Source of the DNA: a virus
Direction: 5' to 3' (one strand)
UHGV virus genome: UHGV-0057186
DNA: 64,000 nt
The translations under genes were made by a program, and so were the position numbers. Below are positions 37,864 through 49,325 of this stretch, one piece after another. The notes under the pieces were generated by a model. That model had not been told where the DNA came from, searched no databases, and saw only the letters and a program-made list of their open reading frames with translations. The number at the start of each line of letters is the position of its first letter. Positions within the stretch are counted from its first letter, which is position 1.

Positions 37864-38688
37864 TTAGATATTTGACCAGACTTTGTTTGCAGAGAAACGT
37901 TTTCCTTTTGAAACGAACTGCTGAAGTGGCATTAACACAACGTTCGCCCAGTCTTTCGGGGCGATTTCAACAAGGCTACCCATAATATTACCGGGGATAT
38001 ATGCCTTAATCATTTGGTCTGCACCCCTAAATCCTTTCACTTGACTCCAATCAATTTTTAATTTCGTTTTATTAGTAATAGTAGGTGTATTTGAATATTG
38101 CTTTAAAAGCTCTTCTAGGAATTGCTGGCGAGCTTTAGGTGGAATATAGTGCAAGTTCAATCCGTACATTAAATTATGCTTACCTAAACCAAGGTAAATT
38201 ATTAAAGGAAATTTATCCCAGTAAGGAAGAGTTTCCTTGTGTTTAGCATCATAAGCAAAAGCATATATTCGTCCCGGCTGCGGGCGAACAACTTTATGTC
38301 CTTTTACTTGCTTAATAGTTTCAGCAAACCACTTTCTGGTTTTATTATTAATTGCTGCACCTTCATTACGAATTTTATCACGCAATGTTTGTCTGAATGA
38401 ATTTATCATAAGCAGTTGTCTTTCTTGCTTATTGAGTTTATTCATTGGTTTTGATTCAAGCTTTTGAATCTTTTCAGCCGTTTTAATTCCTGAAGCATAT
38501 TTTGACATTGCTGAAGTAAACGTAGAGTATTTGATTCCTCTTTCTTCAGCAAATTGCTTTCCTGTCATTCCTTTTGCTTTGGCCTTTTTATATTCAAGAC
38601 CTATCTGAATCCATTTCTTTTCGTTTAATGATTGCTTAACCTTTGGAACTTGGGGAGTGCTTTCATTAATTATTTGAAAAATAGCCAT
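37864..38688 (-). CDS. 2: DNA end protector protein gp2
   Basis: 274 aa; synteny 4-2-3. Confidence 0.85.
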   Translation of the reverse strand: MAIFQIINESTPQVPKVKQSLNEKKWIQIGLEYKKAKAKGMTGKQFAEERGIKYSTFTSAMSKYASGIKTAEKIQKLESKPMNKLNKQERQLLMINSFRQTLRDKIRNEGAAINNKTRKWFAETIKQVKGHKVVRPQPGRIYAFAYDAKHKETLPYWDKFPLIIYLGLGKHNLMYGLNLHYIPPKARQQFLEELLKQYSNTPTITNKTKLKIDWSQVKGFRGADQMIKAYIPGNIMGSLVEIAPKDWANVVLMPLQQFVSKGKRFSANKVWSNI

Positions 38689-39140
38689 TATGCCCCCTTA
38701 AAGCCAAGAGCTCGTAATCCATCTTCTGTTAAAATTCTAAATTTTATTCCACGCTTTTCAGCTAAAGATTGTGCTGCTTTCCATTTGTCGGTGTTAACAG
38801 ACCAGGTATAAATTTCATTCATAAATCTTTTCTTCGCTGCGGTTGTTAGATGCGCCGGTTTAACTGGTGGTTGTGTTTCTTTTTTAGGTTTTATTTCAAT
38901 AAAAAATTCTTGTCCAGAAGAATCTTTCATCCAAATATCCATGAAGTATCTACGTTTTTTCCCTTCTGCATTACAAAAATAAGGAATTACTGCTGTTTCA
39001 CTACCCCATGCAATAATTTCTGGATTTTTATCTAACCATTCAAAAAAGAATTTTTCCCAATTTGATCTATACGTAATTTTTTTAGGGTCACCTCTATACT
39101 TTGATATATTTTTAGGAACCCATTTTCCAGAATATGCCAT
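38688..39140 (-). CDS. 4: head completion protein gp4
   Basis: 150 aa; divergent from gene 53 across late promoters. Confidence 0.85.
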   Translation of the reverse strand: MAYSGKWVPKNISKYRGDPKKITYRSNWEKFFFEWLDKNPEIIAWGSETAVIPYFCNAEGKKRRYFMDIWMKDSSGQEFFIEIKPKKETQPPVKPAHLTTAAKKRFMNEIYTWSVNTDKWKAAQSLAEKRGIKFRILTEDGLRALGFKGA

Positions 39141-39151
39141 TGGATTCTCCT

Positions 39152-39174
39152 TATAAATAGATAATATATTTATA
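39152..39174. promoter_or_regulatory. divergent late promoters (TATAAATA on both strands)
   Basis: plus-strand TATAAATA 39152-39159 (gene 53) and minus-strand TATAAATA 39167-39174 (gene 4). Confidence 0.55.
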
Positions 39175-39187
39175 AACAGGAGGGCCC

Positions 39188-39778
39188 ATGCTCTTTACAT
39201 TTTTTGATCCGATTGAATATGCGGCCAAAACGGTGAATAAAAACGCGCCGACTATTCCTATGACAGATATTTTTAGAAACTATAAAGACTATTTTAAACG
39301 CGCTCTTGCGGGATACCGCTTACGTACTTATTATATCAAAGGTTCACCACGCCCGGAAGAATTAGCAAATACTATATATGGAAATCCACAGTTGTATTGG
39401 GTTTTATTGATGTGTAATGATAATTATGACCCGTATTATGGATGGATTACTTCACAAGAAGCAGCTTATCAAGCATCTATACAAAAATACAAAAATGTAG
39501 GTGGAGACCAAATAGTATATCATGTGAATGAGAACGGTGAAAAATTTTATAATTTAATATCATACGATGATAATCCATATGTTTGGTATGATAAAGGTGA
39601 TAAAGCTAGAAAATATCCTCAATATGAAGGAGCACTTGCTGCTGTTAATACGTATGAAGATGCTGTTCTTGAAAATGAAAAACTTCGTCAAATAAAAATA
39701 ATAGCAAAATCAGACATTAATTCATTTATGAACGACCTTATACGTATAATGGAGAAATCTTATGGAAATGATAAGTAA
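39188..39778 (+). CDS. 53: baseplate wedge protein gp53
   Basis: 196 aa; AGGAGG SD; synteny. Confidence 0.85.
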   Translation: MLFTFFDPIEYAAKTVNKNAPTIPMTDIFRNYKDYFKRALAGYRLRTYYIKGSPRPEELANTIYGNPQLYWVLLMCNDNYDPYYGWITSQEAAYQASIQKYKNVGGDQIVYHVNENGEKFYNLISYDDNPYVWYDKGDKARKYPQYEGALAAVNTYEDAVLENEKLRQIKIIAKSDINSFMNDLIRIMEKSYGNDK

Positions 39779-41489
39779 TAACCTTAATTGGTTTGTTGGT
39801 GTTGTTGAAGATAGAATGGACCCATTAAAATTAGGTCGTGTTCGTGTTCGTGTGGTTGGTCTGCATCCACCTCAAAGAGCACAAGGCGATGTAATGGGTA
39901 TTCCAACTGAAAAATTACCATGGATGTCAGTTATTCAACCTATAACTTCTGCAGCAATGTCTGGAATTGGAGGTTCTGTTACTGGACCGGTAGAAGGAAC
40001 TAGAGTTTATGGTCATTTTTTAGACAAATGGAAAACTAACGGAATTGTCCTTGGCACGTATGGTGGAATAGTTCGCGAAAAACCGAATAGACTTGAAGGA
40101 TTTTCTGACCCAACTGGGCAATATCCTAGACGTTTAGGAAATGATACTAATGTATTAAACCAAGGCGGAGAAGTAGGATATGATTCGTCTTCTAACATTA
40201 TCCAAGATAGTAACTTAGACACTGCAATAAATCCCGATGATAGACCACTATCAGAGATTCCAACCGATGATAATCCAAATATGTCAATGGCTGAAATGCT
40301 TCGCCGTGATGAAGGATTAAGATTAAAAGTTTATTGGGATACCGAAGGATATCCGACAGTTGGTATTGGTCATCTTATCATGAAGCAGCCAGTTCGTGAT
40401 ATGGCTCAAATTAATAAAGTTTTATCAAAACAAGTTGGTCGTGAAATTACTGGAAACCCAGGTTCTATTACGATGGAAGAGGCGACGACTTTATTTGAAC
40501 GTGATTTGGCTGATATGCAACGGGACATTAAATCACATTCTAAAGTAGGACCAGTCTGGCAAGCTGTCAACCGTTCTCGTCAAATGGCGTTAGAAAATAT
40601 GGCATTTCAGATGGGTGTTGGTGGTGTAGCTAAATTTAACACAATGTTAACTGCTATGTTAGCAGGAGATTGGGAAAAAGCGTATAAAGCCGGTCGTGAT
40701 TCATTATGGTATCAACAAACAAAAGGCCGTGCATCCCGTGTTACCATGATTATTCTTACGGGAAATTTAGAATCATATGGCGTTGAAGTGAAAACCCCAG
40801 CTAGGTCTCTATCAGCAATGGCTGCTACTGTAGCTAAATCTTCTGACCCTGCTGACCCTCCTATTCCAAATGACTCGAGAATTTTATTCAAAGAACCAGT
40901 TTCTTCATATAAAGGTGAATATCCTTATGTGCATACAATGGAAACTGAAAGTGGACATATTCAGGAATTTGATGATACCCCTGGGCAAGAACGATACAGA
41001 TTAGTTCATCCAACTGGAACTTATGAAGAAGTATCACCGTCAGGAAGAAGAACAAGAAAAACTGTTGATAATTTGTATGATATAACCAACGCTGATGGTA
41101 ATTTTTTGGTAGCCGGTGATAAAAAGACTAACGTCGGTGGATCAGAAATTTATTACAACATGGATAATCGTCTTCACCAGATAGATGGAAGCAATACAAT
41201 ATTTGTACGTGGCGACGAAACGAAAACTGTTGAAGGCAATGGAACTATCCTAGTTAAAGGTAATGTTACTATTGTAGTTGAAGGTAATGCTGACATTACA
41301 GTTAAAGGAGATGCTACCACTTTAGTTGAAGGAAATCAAACTAACACAGTAAATGGAAATCTTTCTTGGAAAGTTGCTGGGACAGTTGATTGGGACGTTG
41401 GTGGTGATTGGACAGAAAAAATGGCATCTATGAGTTCTATTTCATCTGGTCAATACACAATTGATGGATCGAGGATTGACATTGGCTAA
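39762..41489 (+). CDS. 5: baseplate hub/cell-puncturing protein with lysozyme domain gp5
   Basis: 575 aa; internal T4-lysozyme-like domain EMLRRDEGLRLKVYWDTEGYPTVGIGHLI; C-terminal beta-helix VxGxxxx repeats. Confidence 0.95.
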   Translation: MEMISNNLNWFVGVVEDRMDPLKLGRVRVRVVGLHPPQRAQGDVMGIPTEKLPWMSVIQPITSAAMSGIGGSVTGPVEGTRVYGHFLDKWKTNGIVLGTYGGIVREKPNRLEGFSDPTGQYPRRLGNDTNVLNQGGEVGYDSSSNIIQDSNLDTAINPDDRPLSEIPTDDNPNMSMAEMLRRDEGLRLKVYWDTEGYPTVGIGHLIMKQPVRDMAQINKVLSKQVGREITGNPGSITMEEATTLFERDLADMQRDIKSHSKVGPVWQAVNRSRQMALENMAFQMGVGGVAKFNTMLTAMLAGDWEKAYKAGRDSLWYQQTKGRASRVTMIILTGNLESYGVEVKTPARSLSAMAATVAKSSDPADPPIPNDSRILFKEPVSSYKGEYPYVHTMETESGHIQEFDDTPGQERYRLVHPTGTYEEVSPSGRRTRKTVDNLYDITNADGNFLVAGDKKTNVGGSEIYYNMDNRLHQIDGSNTIFVRGDETKTVEGNGTILVKGNVTIVVEGNADITVKGDATTLVEGNQTNTVNGNLSWKVAGTVDWDVGGDWTEKMASMSSISSGQYTIDGSRIDIG

Positions 41490-41523
41490 TATACTTCCAA
41501 TGAGCGCTGATTTAGGAGAATCC

Positions 41524-42018
41524 ATGGAAGGTTCTTCTATCGACGTCACCTTTACCGCTCAATTAGAAACAGGTGAAACGTTAGTATCTATAAATATAAC
41601 TAGTTACGAAGAAACTCCTGGGGTTTTAGTAGAAGAAAATCGCTTATATGGAACATATGAATCTGTGTTTGGATTTGGAAATGACGCGTTGAAATATCGT
41701 TTAGGCGATGAATTTAAAACTGCTGCTTCATGGGAAGAACTTCCTACTGATTCTGATACTCAGTTGTATTTGTGGAAAGCTCCTCAGAACCTCCAGAAGA
41801 CATTCACTTACGAAGTAACATTAATATATGACTACCAAGAACAAAGTGAATCTGGAGGTTCTGGCAGTAATTCTAGGTCATCTTCTGATACTACTGAACC
41901 GACAGATCCTCCTGCTCCAGTAAGAAAAACTCTCGTTAAAAATTATACTAAAACTATAGTTGGAAATTGGAGTCGTTGGGCTAATAAATTAAGAAGCTAT
42001 GTGTATGAGAGGTCATAG
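41524..42018 (+). CDS. hypothetical protein gp5.1-like
   Basis: start MEGSSIDV with AGGAG SD preferred over TTG at 41461. Confidence 0.55.
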
Positions 42019-42312
42019 ATGTCAGGATTAAGTTATGATAAGTGTGTTACTGCCGGCCATGAAGCATGGCCTCCAACAGTTGTGAATGCTACACAAAGTA
42101 AAGTATTCACTGGAGGAATTGCTGTTCTCGTAGCAGGTGATCCAATTACAGAACATACAGAAATTAAAAAGCCATATGAAACACATGGCGGAGTGACACA
42201 ACCCAGAACTTCTAAGGTATATGTCACTGGAAAGAAAGCTGTTCAAATGGCTGATCCAATATCATGCGGTGATACTGTGGCTCAGGCATCATCTAAAGTA
42301 TTCATTAAATAG
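42019..42312 (+). CDS. 5.4: PAAR-repeat spike tip protein gp5.4
   Basis: 97 aa; T4 gp5.4 synteny. Confidence 0.75.
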
Positions 42313-42320
42313 GATTTAAA

Positions 42321-44303
42321 ATGGCAAATACCCCTGTAAATTATCAATTAACAAGAACAGCAAATGCTATTCCCGAGATATTCGTCGGGGGTACGTTTGC
42401 TGAAATAAAACAAAACCTCATTGAATGGCTTAATGGCCAAAATGAATTTTTGGATTATGATTTTGAAGGCTCAAGATTAAACGTTCTGTGCGACCTTTTG
42501 GCTTATAATACGCTGTACATTCAACAGTTTGGTAATGCTGCTGTGTATGAAAGCTTTATGCGTACTGCTAACTTACGAAGTTCAGTTGTTCAAGCTGCAC
42601 AAGATAACGGATATTTACCTACTTCAAAATCCGCTGCGCAGACCGAAATTATGTTAACATGCACCGACGCATTGAATAGGAATTACATTACTATTCCTCG
42701 CGGAACTCGCTTTTTAGCATATGCAAAAGATACTTCTGTTAATCCATATAACTTCGTTTCTACCGAAGACGTTATTGCTATTCGTGATAAAAATAACCAA
42801 TATTTTCCGCGTTTAAAATTGGCCCAGGGACGTATAGTAAGAACTGAAATCATTTATGATAAATTAACACCTATTATCATTTATGATAAAAATATTGATA
42901 GAAACCAGGTTAAATTATACGTTGATGGAGCAGAATGGATTAACTGGACAAGAAAGTCAATGGTTCATGCTGGTTCTACATCAACAATTTACTACATGCG
43001 TGAAACTATTGATGGAAACACTGAATTCTATTTTGGTGAAGGTGAAATTTCTGTTAATGCTTCTGAAGGAGCTTTGACCGCTAATTATATCGGAGGTCTC
43101 AAACCTACTCAGAACTCTACGATTGTTATTGAGTACATTAGTACTAATGGTGCTGACGCGAACGGAGCAGTCGGATTTTCATACGCAGATACATTAACAA
43201 ATATAACTATCATCAATATTAATGAAAATCCAAACGGTGACCCAGATTTTGTTGGGGCAGATGGAGGCGGTGATCCAGAAGATATTGAGCGTATTCGCGA
43301 ATTGGGTACTATTAAACGCGAAACCCAGCAACGATGCGTAACTGCGACTGACTACGATACATTCGTTTCAGAGAGATTTGGTTCTATTATTCAGGCAGTT
43401 CAGACTTTCACTGATTCTACTAAACCTGGGTATGCATTTATTGCTGCTAAACCTAAATCAGGTCTGTATTTAACTACTGTACAGCGTGAAGATATTAAAA
43501 ATTATCTCAAAGACTATAATTTAGCTCCTATTACGCCATCAATTATTTCTCCTAATTATCTTTTTATTAAGACTAATTTAAAAGTCACATATGCTTTAAA
43601 TAAACTACAAGAATCCGAGCAGTGGCTTGAAGGTCAAATAATTGATAAAATTGATCGCTATTATACCGAAGATGTAGAAATTTTTAACTCGTCTTTCGCT
43701 AAATCTAAGATGTTAACTTATGTAGATGATGCAGATCATTCTGTCATTGGTTCATCAGCGACTATTCAAATGGTTCGTGAAGTACAAAACTTCTATAAAA
43801 CACCTGAAGCAGGTATTAAATACAATAATCAAATAAAAGATCGTTCTATGGAATCTAATACGTTTTCATTTAATTCTGGACGAAAGGTTGTAAATCCTGA
43901 TACTGGTTTAGAAGAAGATGTATTATATGATGTTCGTATAGTATCAACAGACCGAGATTCTAAAGGAATTGGTAAAGTTATTATTGGTCCATTTGCTTCT
44001 GGCGATGTTACAGAAAATGAAAACATTCAGCCATATACAGGCAATGATTTTAATAAATTAGCAAATTCTGATGGACGCGACAAATACTATGTTATCGGTG
44101 AAATAAATTATCCGGCTGACATGATTTATTGGAATATCGCTAAAATTAATTTAACATCTGAAAAATTTGAGGTTCAGACTATTGAATTATATTCTGACCC
44201 AACCGATGATGTTATCTTTACCCGTGATGGTTCACTGATTGTATTTGAAAATGATTTACGTCCGCAATACTTAACTATCGATTTGGAGCCTATATCACAA
44301 TGA
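42321..44303 (+). CDS. 6: baseplate wedge protein gp6
   Basis: 660 aa; synteny and length as T4. Confidence 0.9.
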   Translation: MANTPVNYQLTRTANAIPEIFVGGTFAEIKQNLIEWLNGQNEFLDYDFEGSRLNVLCDLLAYNTLYIQQFGNAAVYESFMRTANLRSSVVQAAQDNGYLPTSKSAAQTEIMLTCTDALNRNYITIPRGTRFLAYAKDTSVNPYNFVSTEDVIAIRDKNNQYFPRLKLAQGRIVRTEIIYDKLTPIIIYDKNIDRNQVKLYVDGAEWINWTRKSMVHAGSTSTIYYMRETIDGNTEFYFGEGEISVNASEGALTANYIGGLKPTQNSTIVIEYISTNGADANGAVGFSYADTLTNITIININENPNGDPDFVGADGGGDPEDIERIRELGTIKRETQQRCVTATDYDTFVSERFGSIIQAVQTFTDSTKPGYAFIAAKPKSGLYLTTVQREDIKNYLKDYNLAPITPSIISPNYLFIKTNLKVTYALNKLQESEQWLEGQIIDKIDRYYTEDVEIFNSSFAKSKMLTYVDDADHSVIGSSATIQMVREVQNFYKTPEAGIKYNNQIKDRSMESNTFSFNSGRKVVNPDTGLEEDVLYDVRIVSTDRDSKGIGKVIIGPFASGDVTENENIQPYTGNDFNKLANSDGRDKYYVIGEINYPADMIYWNIAKINLTSEKFEVQTIELYSDPTDDVIFTRDGSLIVFENDLRPQYLTIDLEPISQ

Positions 44304-47300
44304 CAGTAAAAGCACCTTCAGTCACTAGTCTCAGAATTTCCAAGTTATCCGCAAATCAGGTGCAAGTACGCTGGGATGACGTTGGTGCTAATTTCTACTA
44401 TTTTGTAGAAATCGCTGAGACAAAAACAGACTCGGGGGAAAATCTCCCGAGTGATCAATATCGTTGGATTAATTTAGGATATACAGCAAACAATAGTTTC
44501 TTTTTTGATGATGCTGATCCACTAACATCATACATCATTAGAGTAGCTACAGCTGCACAAGATTTTGAGCAATCTGATTGGGTTTATACGGAAGAGTTTG
44601 AAACTTTTGCTACGAATGCTTACACATTTCAAAACATGATTGAAATGCAATTAGCCAATAAATTCATTCAGGAAAAATTTACTCTTAACAATTCTAATTA
44701 TGTCAATTTTAATAATGACACTATAATGGCTGCATTGATGAATGAATCGTTCCAATTCAGCCCATCATATGTTGATGTTTCATCAATCAGTAATTTTATT
44801 ATTGGTGAAAATGAGTATCATGAAATACAAGGTTCCATTCAGCAAGTATGTAAGGATATTAACCGAGTTTATTTGATGGAATCAGAAGGGATTCTATATC
44901 TTTTTGAGCGTTATCAACCCGTGGTTAAAGTATCTAATGATAAAGGACAAACCTGGAAAGCTGTGAAGCTCTTCAATGACCGTGTAGGATATCCTTTATC
45001 TAAGACAGTATATTACCAATCTGCGAACACAACATACGTTCTAGGATACGACAAGATTTTCTATAGCCGTAAATCGACTGACGTTAGATGGTCAGCAGAT
45101 GATGTCAGATTCAGTTCGCAGGATATAACATTTGCTAAACTTGGCGACCAGTTACATTTAGGATTTGATGTAGAAATCTTTGGTACTTATGCGACTTTAC
45201 CAGCGAATGTATATCGTATAGCTGAAGCCATTACTTGTACGGATGATTATATCTATGTTGTTGCCAGAGATAAAGTTAGATATATAAAAACGAGTAATGC
45301 ACCTATAGATTCTGACCCGTTATCACCAACATACTCGGAAAGACTTTTTGAACCTGATACAATGACTATAACTGGAAATCCTAAAGCAGTATGCTATAAA
45401 ATGGATTCTATCGGTGATAAAGTTTTTGCTCTTATTATTGGTGAAGTTGAAACATTAAATGCCAATCCGAGAACTTCAAAAATAATTGATTCTGCTGATA
45501 AAGGAATATATGTTTTAAATCATGACGAAAAAACATGGAAAAGAGTTTTCGGTAATACCGAAGAAGAAAGAAGACGTATTCAACCTGGATACGCAAACAT
45601 GTCAACTGACGGTAAATTAGTTTCTCTGTCTTCGAGTAATTTTAAATTTTTAAGTGATAATGTTGTTAATGACCCTGAAACTATGGTGAAATATCAGTTA
45701 ATCGGTGCTGTTAAATATGAATTTCCCCGTGAATGGTTAGCTGATAAGCATTATCATATGATGGCATTTATAGCGGATGAAAAATCTGATTGGGAGACTT
45801 TTACTCCTCAACCAATGAAATACTACGCAGAACCGTTCTTTAATTGGTCTAAAAAATCTAACACACGCTGTTGGATAAACAACTCTAATAGAGCTGTAGT
45901 AGTTTATGCTGATTTAAAATACACTAAAGTTATAGAAAATATTCCGGAAACATCACCAGATAGATTAGTTCATGAATACTGGGATGATGGTGATTGTACG
46001 ATAGTAATGCCAAATGTTAAATTCACGGGATTTAAAAAATATGCGTCTGGGATGCTTTTTTATAAATCTTCTGGTGAAATAATTTCTTACTATGATTTTA
46101 ACTATCGTGTGAGAGATACAGTAGAAATTATTTGGAAGCCGACTGGAGTATTTTTAAAAGCATTTTTACAAAACCAAGAGCATGAGACTCCTTGGTCACC
46201 AGAAGAAGAGCATGGATTAGCTGATCCTGATTTAAGACCATTAATTGGCACAATGATGCCTGATTCTTATTTGTTGCAGGATTCGAATTTTGAGGCATTT
46301 TGCGAAGCATATATTCAGTATCTTTCTGATGGATATGGAACTCAGTATAACAATTTACGAAATTTAATTCGTAACCAATATCCACGAGAAGAGCATGCGT
46401 GGGAATATTTGTGGTCAGAGATATATAAAAGAAACATTTATTTAAATGCTGATAAACGTGATGCTGTTGCGAGATTCTTTGAATCACGTAGCTATGATTT
46501 TTATTCTACTAAAGGAATTGAAGCATCATACAAGTTTCTTTTTAAAGTTCTTTATAATGAAGAAGTTGAAATTGAAATTGAATCTGGGGCCGGTACTGAA
46601 TATGACATAATCGTTCAATCTGATTCTTTGACTGAAGATTTAGTAGGACAAACGATTTATACGGCAACAGGAAGATGTAATGTTACTTATATAGAAAGAA
46701 GTTATTCTAATGGTAAATTGCAATGGACCGTAACTATTCATAATCTTTTGGGAAGATTAATTGCTGGTCAAGAAGTTAAAGCAGAAAGACTCCCTAATTT
46801 TGAAGGCGAAATTATTCGTGGAGTTAAAGGAAAGGATTTGCTTCAAAACAATATAGACTATATTAATAGAAGTAGATCATACTATGTAATGAAAATTAAA
46901 TCCAATTTACCTTCTTCCCGCTGGAAATCTGACGTTATTCGTTTTGTTCATCCAGTAGGATTTGGATTTATAGCAATTACCCTTTTAACGATGTTTATTA
47001 ATGTTGGTTTAACTCTTAAACACACAGAGACAATAATTAATAAATATAAAAACTATAAATGGGATTCTGGATTGCCTACTGAATATGCTGATAGAGTAGC
47101 TAAATTAACTCCAACCGGTGAAATTGAGCATGATTCAGTAACAGGCGAAGCAATTTATGAGCCTGGCCCAATGGCTGGTGTAGAATATCCTCTTCCTGAT
47201 GACTATAATGCTGAAAATAATAATTCAATATTTCAAGGTCAATTGCCGTCTGAACGACGTAAATTAATGAGTCCTTTATTTGATGCATCTGGAACAACAT

Positions 47301-47398
47301 TTGCGCAATTTAGAGATTTAGTTAATAAACGTCTAAAAGATAATATAGGAAATCCAAGAGACCCTGAAAATCCAACACAGGTTAAAATAGATGAATGA
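44300..47398 (+). CDS. 7: baseplate wedge protein gp7
   Basis: 1032 aa; synteny and length as T4. Confidence 0.9.
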   Translation: MTVKAPSVTSLRISKLSANQVQVRWDDVGANFYYFVEIAETKTDSGENLPSDQYRWINLGYTANNSFFFDDADPLTSYIIRVATAAQDFEQSDWVYTEEFETFATNAYTFQNMIEMQLANKFIQEKFTLNNSNYVNFNNDTIMAALMNESFQFSPSYVDVSSISNFIIGENEYHEIQGSIQQVCKDINRVYLMESEGILYLFERYQPVVKVSNDKGQTWKAVKLFNDRVGYPLSKTVYYQSANTTYVLGYDKIFYSRKSTDVRWSADDVRFSSQDITFAKLGDQLHLGFDVEIFGTYATLPANVYRIAEAITCTDDYIYVVARDKVRYIKTSNAPIDSDPLSPTYSERLFEPDTMTITGNPKAVCYKMDSIGDKVFALIIGEVETLNANPRTSKIIDSADKGIYVLNHDEKTWKRVFGNTEEERRRIQPGYANMSTDGKLVSLSSSNFKFLSDNVVNDPETMVKYQLIGAVKYEFPREWLADKHYHMMAFIADEKSDWETFTPQPMKYYAEPFFNWSKKSNTRCWINNSNRAVVVYADLKYTKVIENIPETSPDRLVHEYWDDGDCTIVMPNVKFTGFKKYASGMLFYKSSGEIISYYDFNYRVRDTVEIIWKPTGVFLKAFLQNQEHETPWSPEEEHGLADPDLRPLIGTMMPDSYLLQDSNFEAFCEAYIQYLSDGYGTQYNNLRNLIRNQYPREEHAWEYLWSEIYKRNIYLNADKRDAVARFFESRSYDFYSTKGIEASYKFLFKVLYNEEVEIEIESGAGTEYDIIVQSDSLTEDLVGQTIYTATGRCNVTYIERSYSNGKLQWTVTIHNLLGRLIAGQEVKAERLPNFEGEIIRGVKGKDLLQNNIDYINRSRSYYVMKIKSNLPSSRWKSDVIRFVHPVGFGFIAITLLTMFINVGLTLKHTETIINKYKNYKWDSGLPTEYADRVAKLTPTGEIEHDSVTGEAIYEPGPMAGVEYPLPDDYNAENNNSIFQGQLPSERRKLMSPLFDASGTTFAQFRDLVNKRLKDNIGNPRDPENPTQVKIDE

Positions 47399-48395
47399 TT
47401 CAAGTGTTATCTATCGTGCGATAGTTACTTCAAAATTTAGAACAGAAAAAATGTTGAATTTTTATAATTCAATTGGAAGTGGTCCGGATAAAAACACTAT
47501 CTTTATCACATTTGGAAGATCAGAACCGTGGTCATCAAATGAAAATGAGGTGGGCTTTGCCCCACCTTATCCAACCGATTCTGTATTAGGCGTAACTGAC
47601 ATGTGGACGCATATGATGGGAACAGTAAAGGTTCTTCCATCAATGCTTGACGCAGTTATTCCTCGTCGAGATTGGGGAGATACTAGATATCCGGATCCAT
47701 ACACATTTAGAATTAACGATATTGTAGTGTGTAACTCAGCTCCTTACAACGCTACTGAATCAGGCGCAGGCTGGTTAGTATATCGTTGTTTAGATGTTCC
47801 TGATACTGGAATGTGTTCAATTGCATCTTTAACTGATAAGGATGAATGCCTTAAATTAGGCGGAAAATGGACACCTTCTGTTAGGTCAATGACTCCTCCT
47901 GAAGGTCGAGGAGATGCTGAAGGAACAATTGAACCTGGGGACGGGTATGTATGGGAATATCTTTTTGAGATTCCGCCTGATGTATCTATAAATAGATGCA
48001 CGAATGAATATATCGTGGTTCCTTGGCCTGAGGAATTAAAAGAAGACCCGACTAGATGGGGGTATGAAGATAATCTCACTTGGCAGCAAGATGATTTTGG
48101 ATTAATTTACCGTGTTAAGGCAAATACTATCCGTTTTAAAGCATATTTAGATTCAGTTTATTTTCCTGAAGCTGCATTGCCAGGAAATAAAGGATTTAGA
48201 CAAATATCAATAATCACGAATCCTCTTGAAGCTAAAGCTCATCCAAATGACCCAAACGTTAAAGCTGAAAAGGATTATTATGACCCAGAAGATTTAATGA
48301 GGCATTCGGGCGAAATGATTTATATGGAAAATAGGCCACCTATTATTATGGCAATGGATCAAACAGAAGAAATCAATATTCTGTTTACATTTTAA
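47391..48395 (+). CDS. 8: baseplate wedge protein gp8
   Basis: 334 aa; synteny and length as T4. Confidence 0.9.
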   Translation: MNDSSVIYRAIVTSKFRTEKMLNFYNSIGSGPDKNTIFITFGRSEPWSSNENEVGFAPPYPTDSVLGVTDMWTHMMGTVKVLPSMLDAVIPRRDWGDTRYPDPYTFRINDIVVCNSAPYNATESGAGWLVYRCLDVPDTGMCSIASLTDKDECLKLGGKWTPSVRSMTPPEGRGDAEGTIEPGDGYVWEYLFEIPPDVSINRCTNEYIVVPWPEELKEDPTRWGYEDNLTWQQDDFGLIYRVKANTIRFKAYLDSVYFPEAALPGNKGFRQISIITNPLEAKAHPNDPNVKAEKDYYDPEDLMRHSGEMIYMENRPPIIMAMDQTEEINILFTF

Positions 48396-48400
48396 ATTAA

Positions 48401-48427
48401 GGGAGCCCATGGGCTCCCTTTTTCTTT
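48401..48427 (+). terminator. intrinsic terminator after gene 8
   Basis: GGGAGCCC-ATG-GGCTCCC hairpin followed by TTTTTCTTT. Confidence 0.6.
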
Positions 48428-48433
48428 ATAAAT
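48426..48433 (+). promoter_or_regulatory. late promoter (TATAAATA) for gene 9
   Basis: TATAAATA 26 nt upstream of gene 9 ATG. Confidence 0.6.
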
Positions 48434-48458
48434 ACTATAAACTCATAAGGAAACCGCT

Positions 48459-49325
48459 ATGTTCATTCAAGAACCAAAGAAATTGATTGATACCGGCGAA
48501 ATTGGTAACGCTTCTACTGGTGATATCTTATTCGACGGTGGTAATAAAATTAATAGTGATTTTAACGCAATTTATAATGCGTTTGGCGATCAGCGTAAAA
48601 TGGCAGTAGCAAATGGCACTGGAGCAGATGGTCAAATTATCCATGCTACTGGGTATTATCAAAAACACTCTATTACAGAGTACGCAACTCCAGTGAAAGT
48701 TGGCACTAGACATGATATTGATACCTCTACTGTAGGTGTTAAAGTTATTATTGAAAGAGGCGAACTCGGCGATTGTGTTGAATTCATTAACTCTAATGGA
48801 TCAATATCAGTTACTAATCCTTTAACAATTCAAGCTATTGATTCAATTAAAGGTGTTTCAGGTAATTTAGTAGTAACTAGCCCATATAGTAAAGTAACTT
48901 TACGCTGTATTTCATCTGATAATTCTACATCGGTTTGGAATTATTCTATTGAAAGTATGTTTGGACAAAAGGAATCACCGGCTGAAGGTACATGGAATAT
49001 TTCTACATCCGGATCAGTTGATATTCCACTATTTCATCGCACTGAATACAATATGGCTAAATTGTTAGTTACGTGCCAATCGGTAGATGGAAGAAAAATT
49101 AAAACGGCAGAAATAAATATTCTTGTAGATGCTGTTAATTCAGAAGTCATTTCTTCTGAATATGCTGTCATGCGGGTTGGAAATGAAACAGAAGAAGACG
49201 AAATCGCTAATATTGCATTTAGTATTAAAGAAAATTATGTAACGGCAACTATAAGTTCTTCAACTGTCGGTATGAGAGCAGCAGTTAAAGTTATCGCTAC
49301 GCAGAAAATCGGGGTGGCTCAATAA
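48459..49325 (+). CDS. 9: baseplate protein gp9 (long tail fibre socket)
   Basis: 288 aa; synteny and length as T4. Confidence 0.9.
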   Translation: MFIQEPKKLIDTGEIGNASTGDILFDGGNKINSDFNAIYNAFGDQRKMAVANGTGADGQIIHATGYYQKHSITEYATPVKVGTRHDIDTSTVGVKVIIERGELGDCVEFINSNGSISVTNPLTIQAIDSIKGVSGNLVVTSPYSKVTLRCISSDNSTSVWNYSIESMFGQKESPAEGTWNISTSGSVDIPLFHRTEYNMAKLLVTCQSVDGRKIKTAEINILVDAVNSEVISSEYAVMRVGNETEEDEIANIAFSIKENYVTATISSSTVGMRAAVKVIATQKIGVAQ

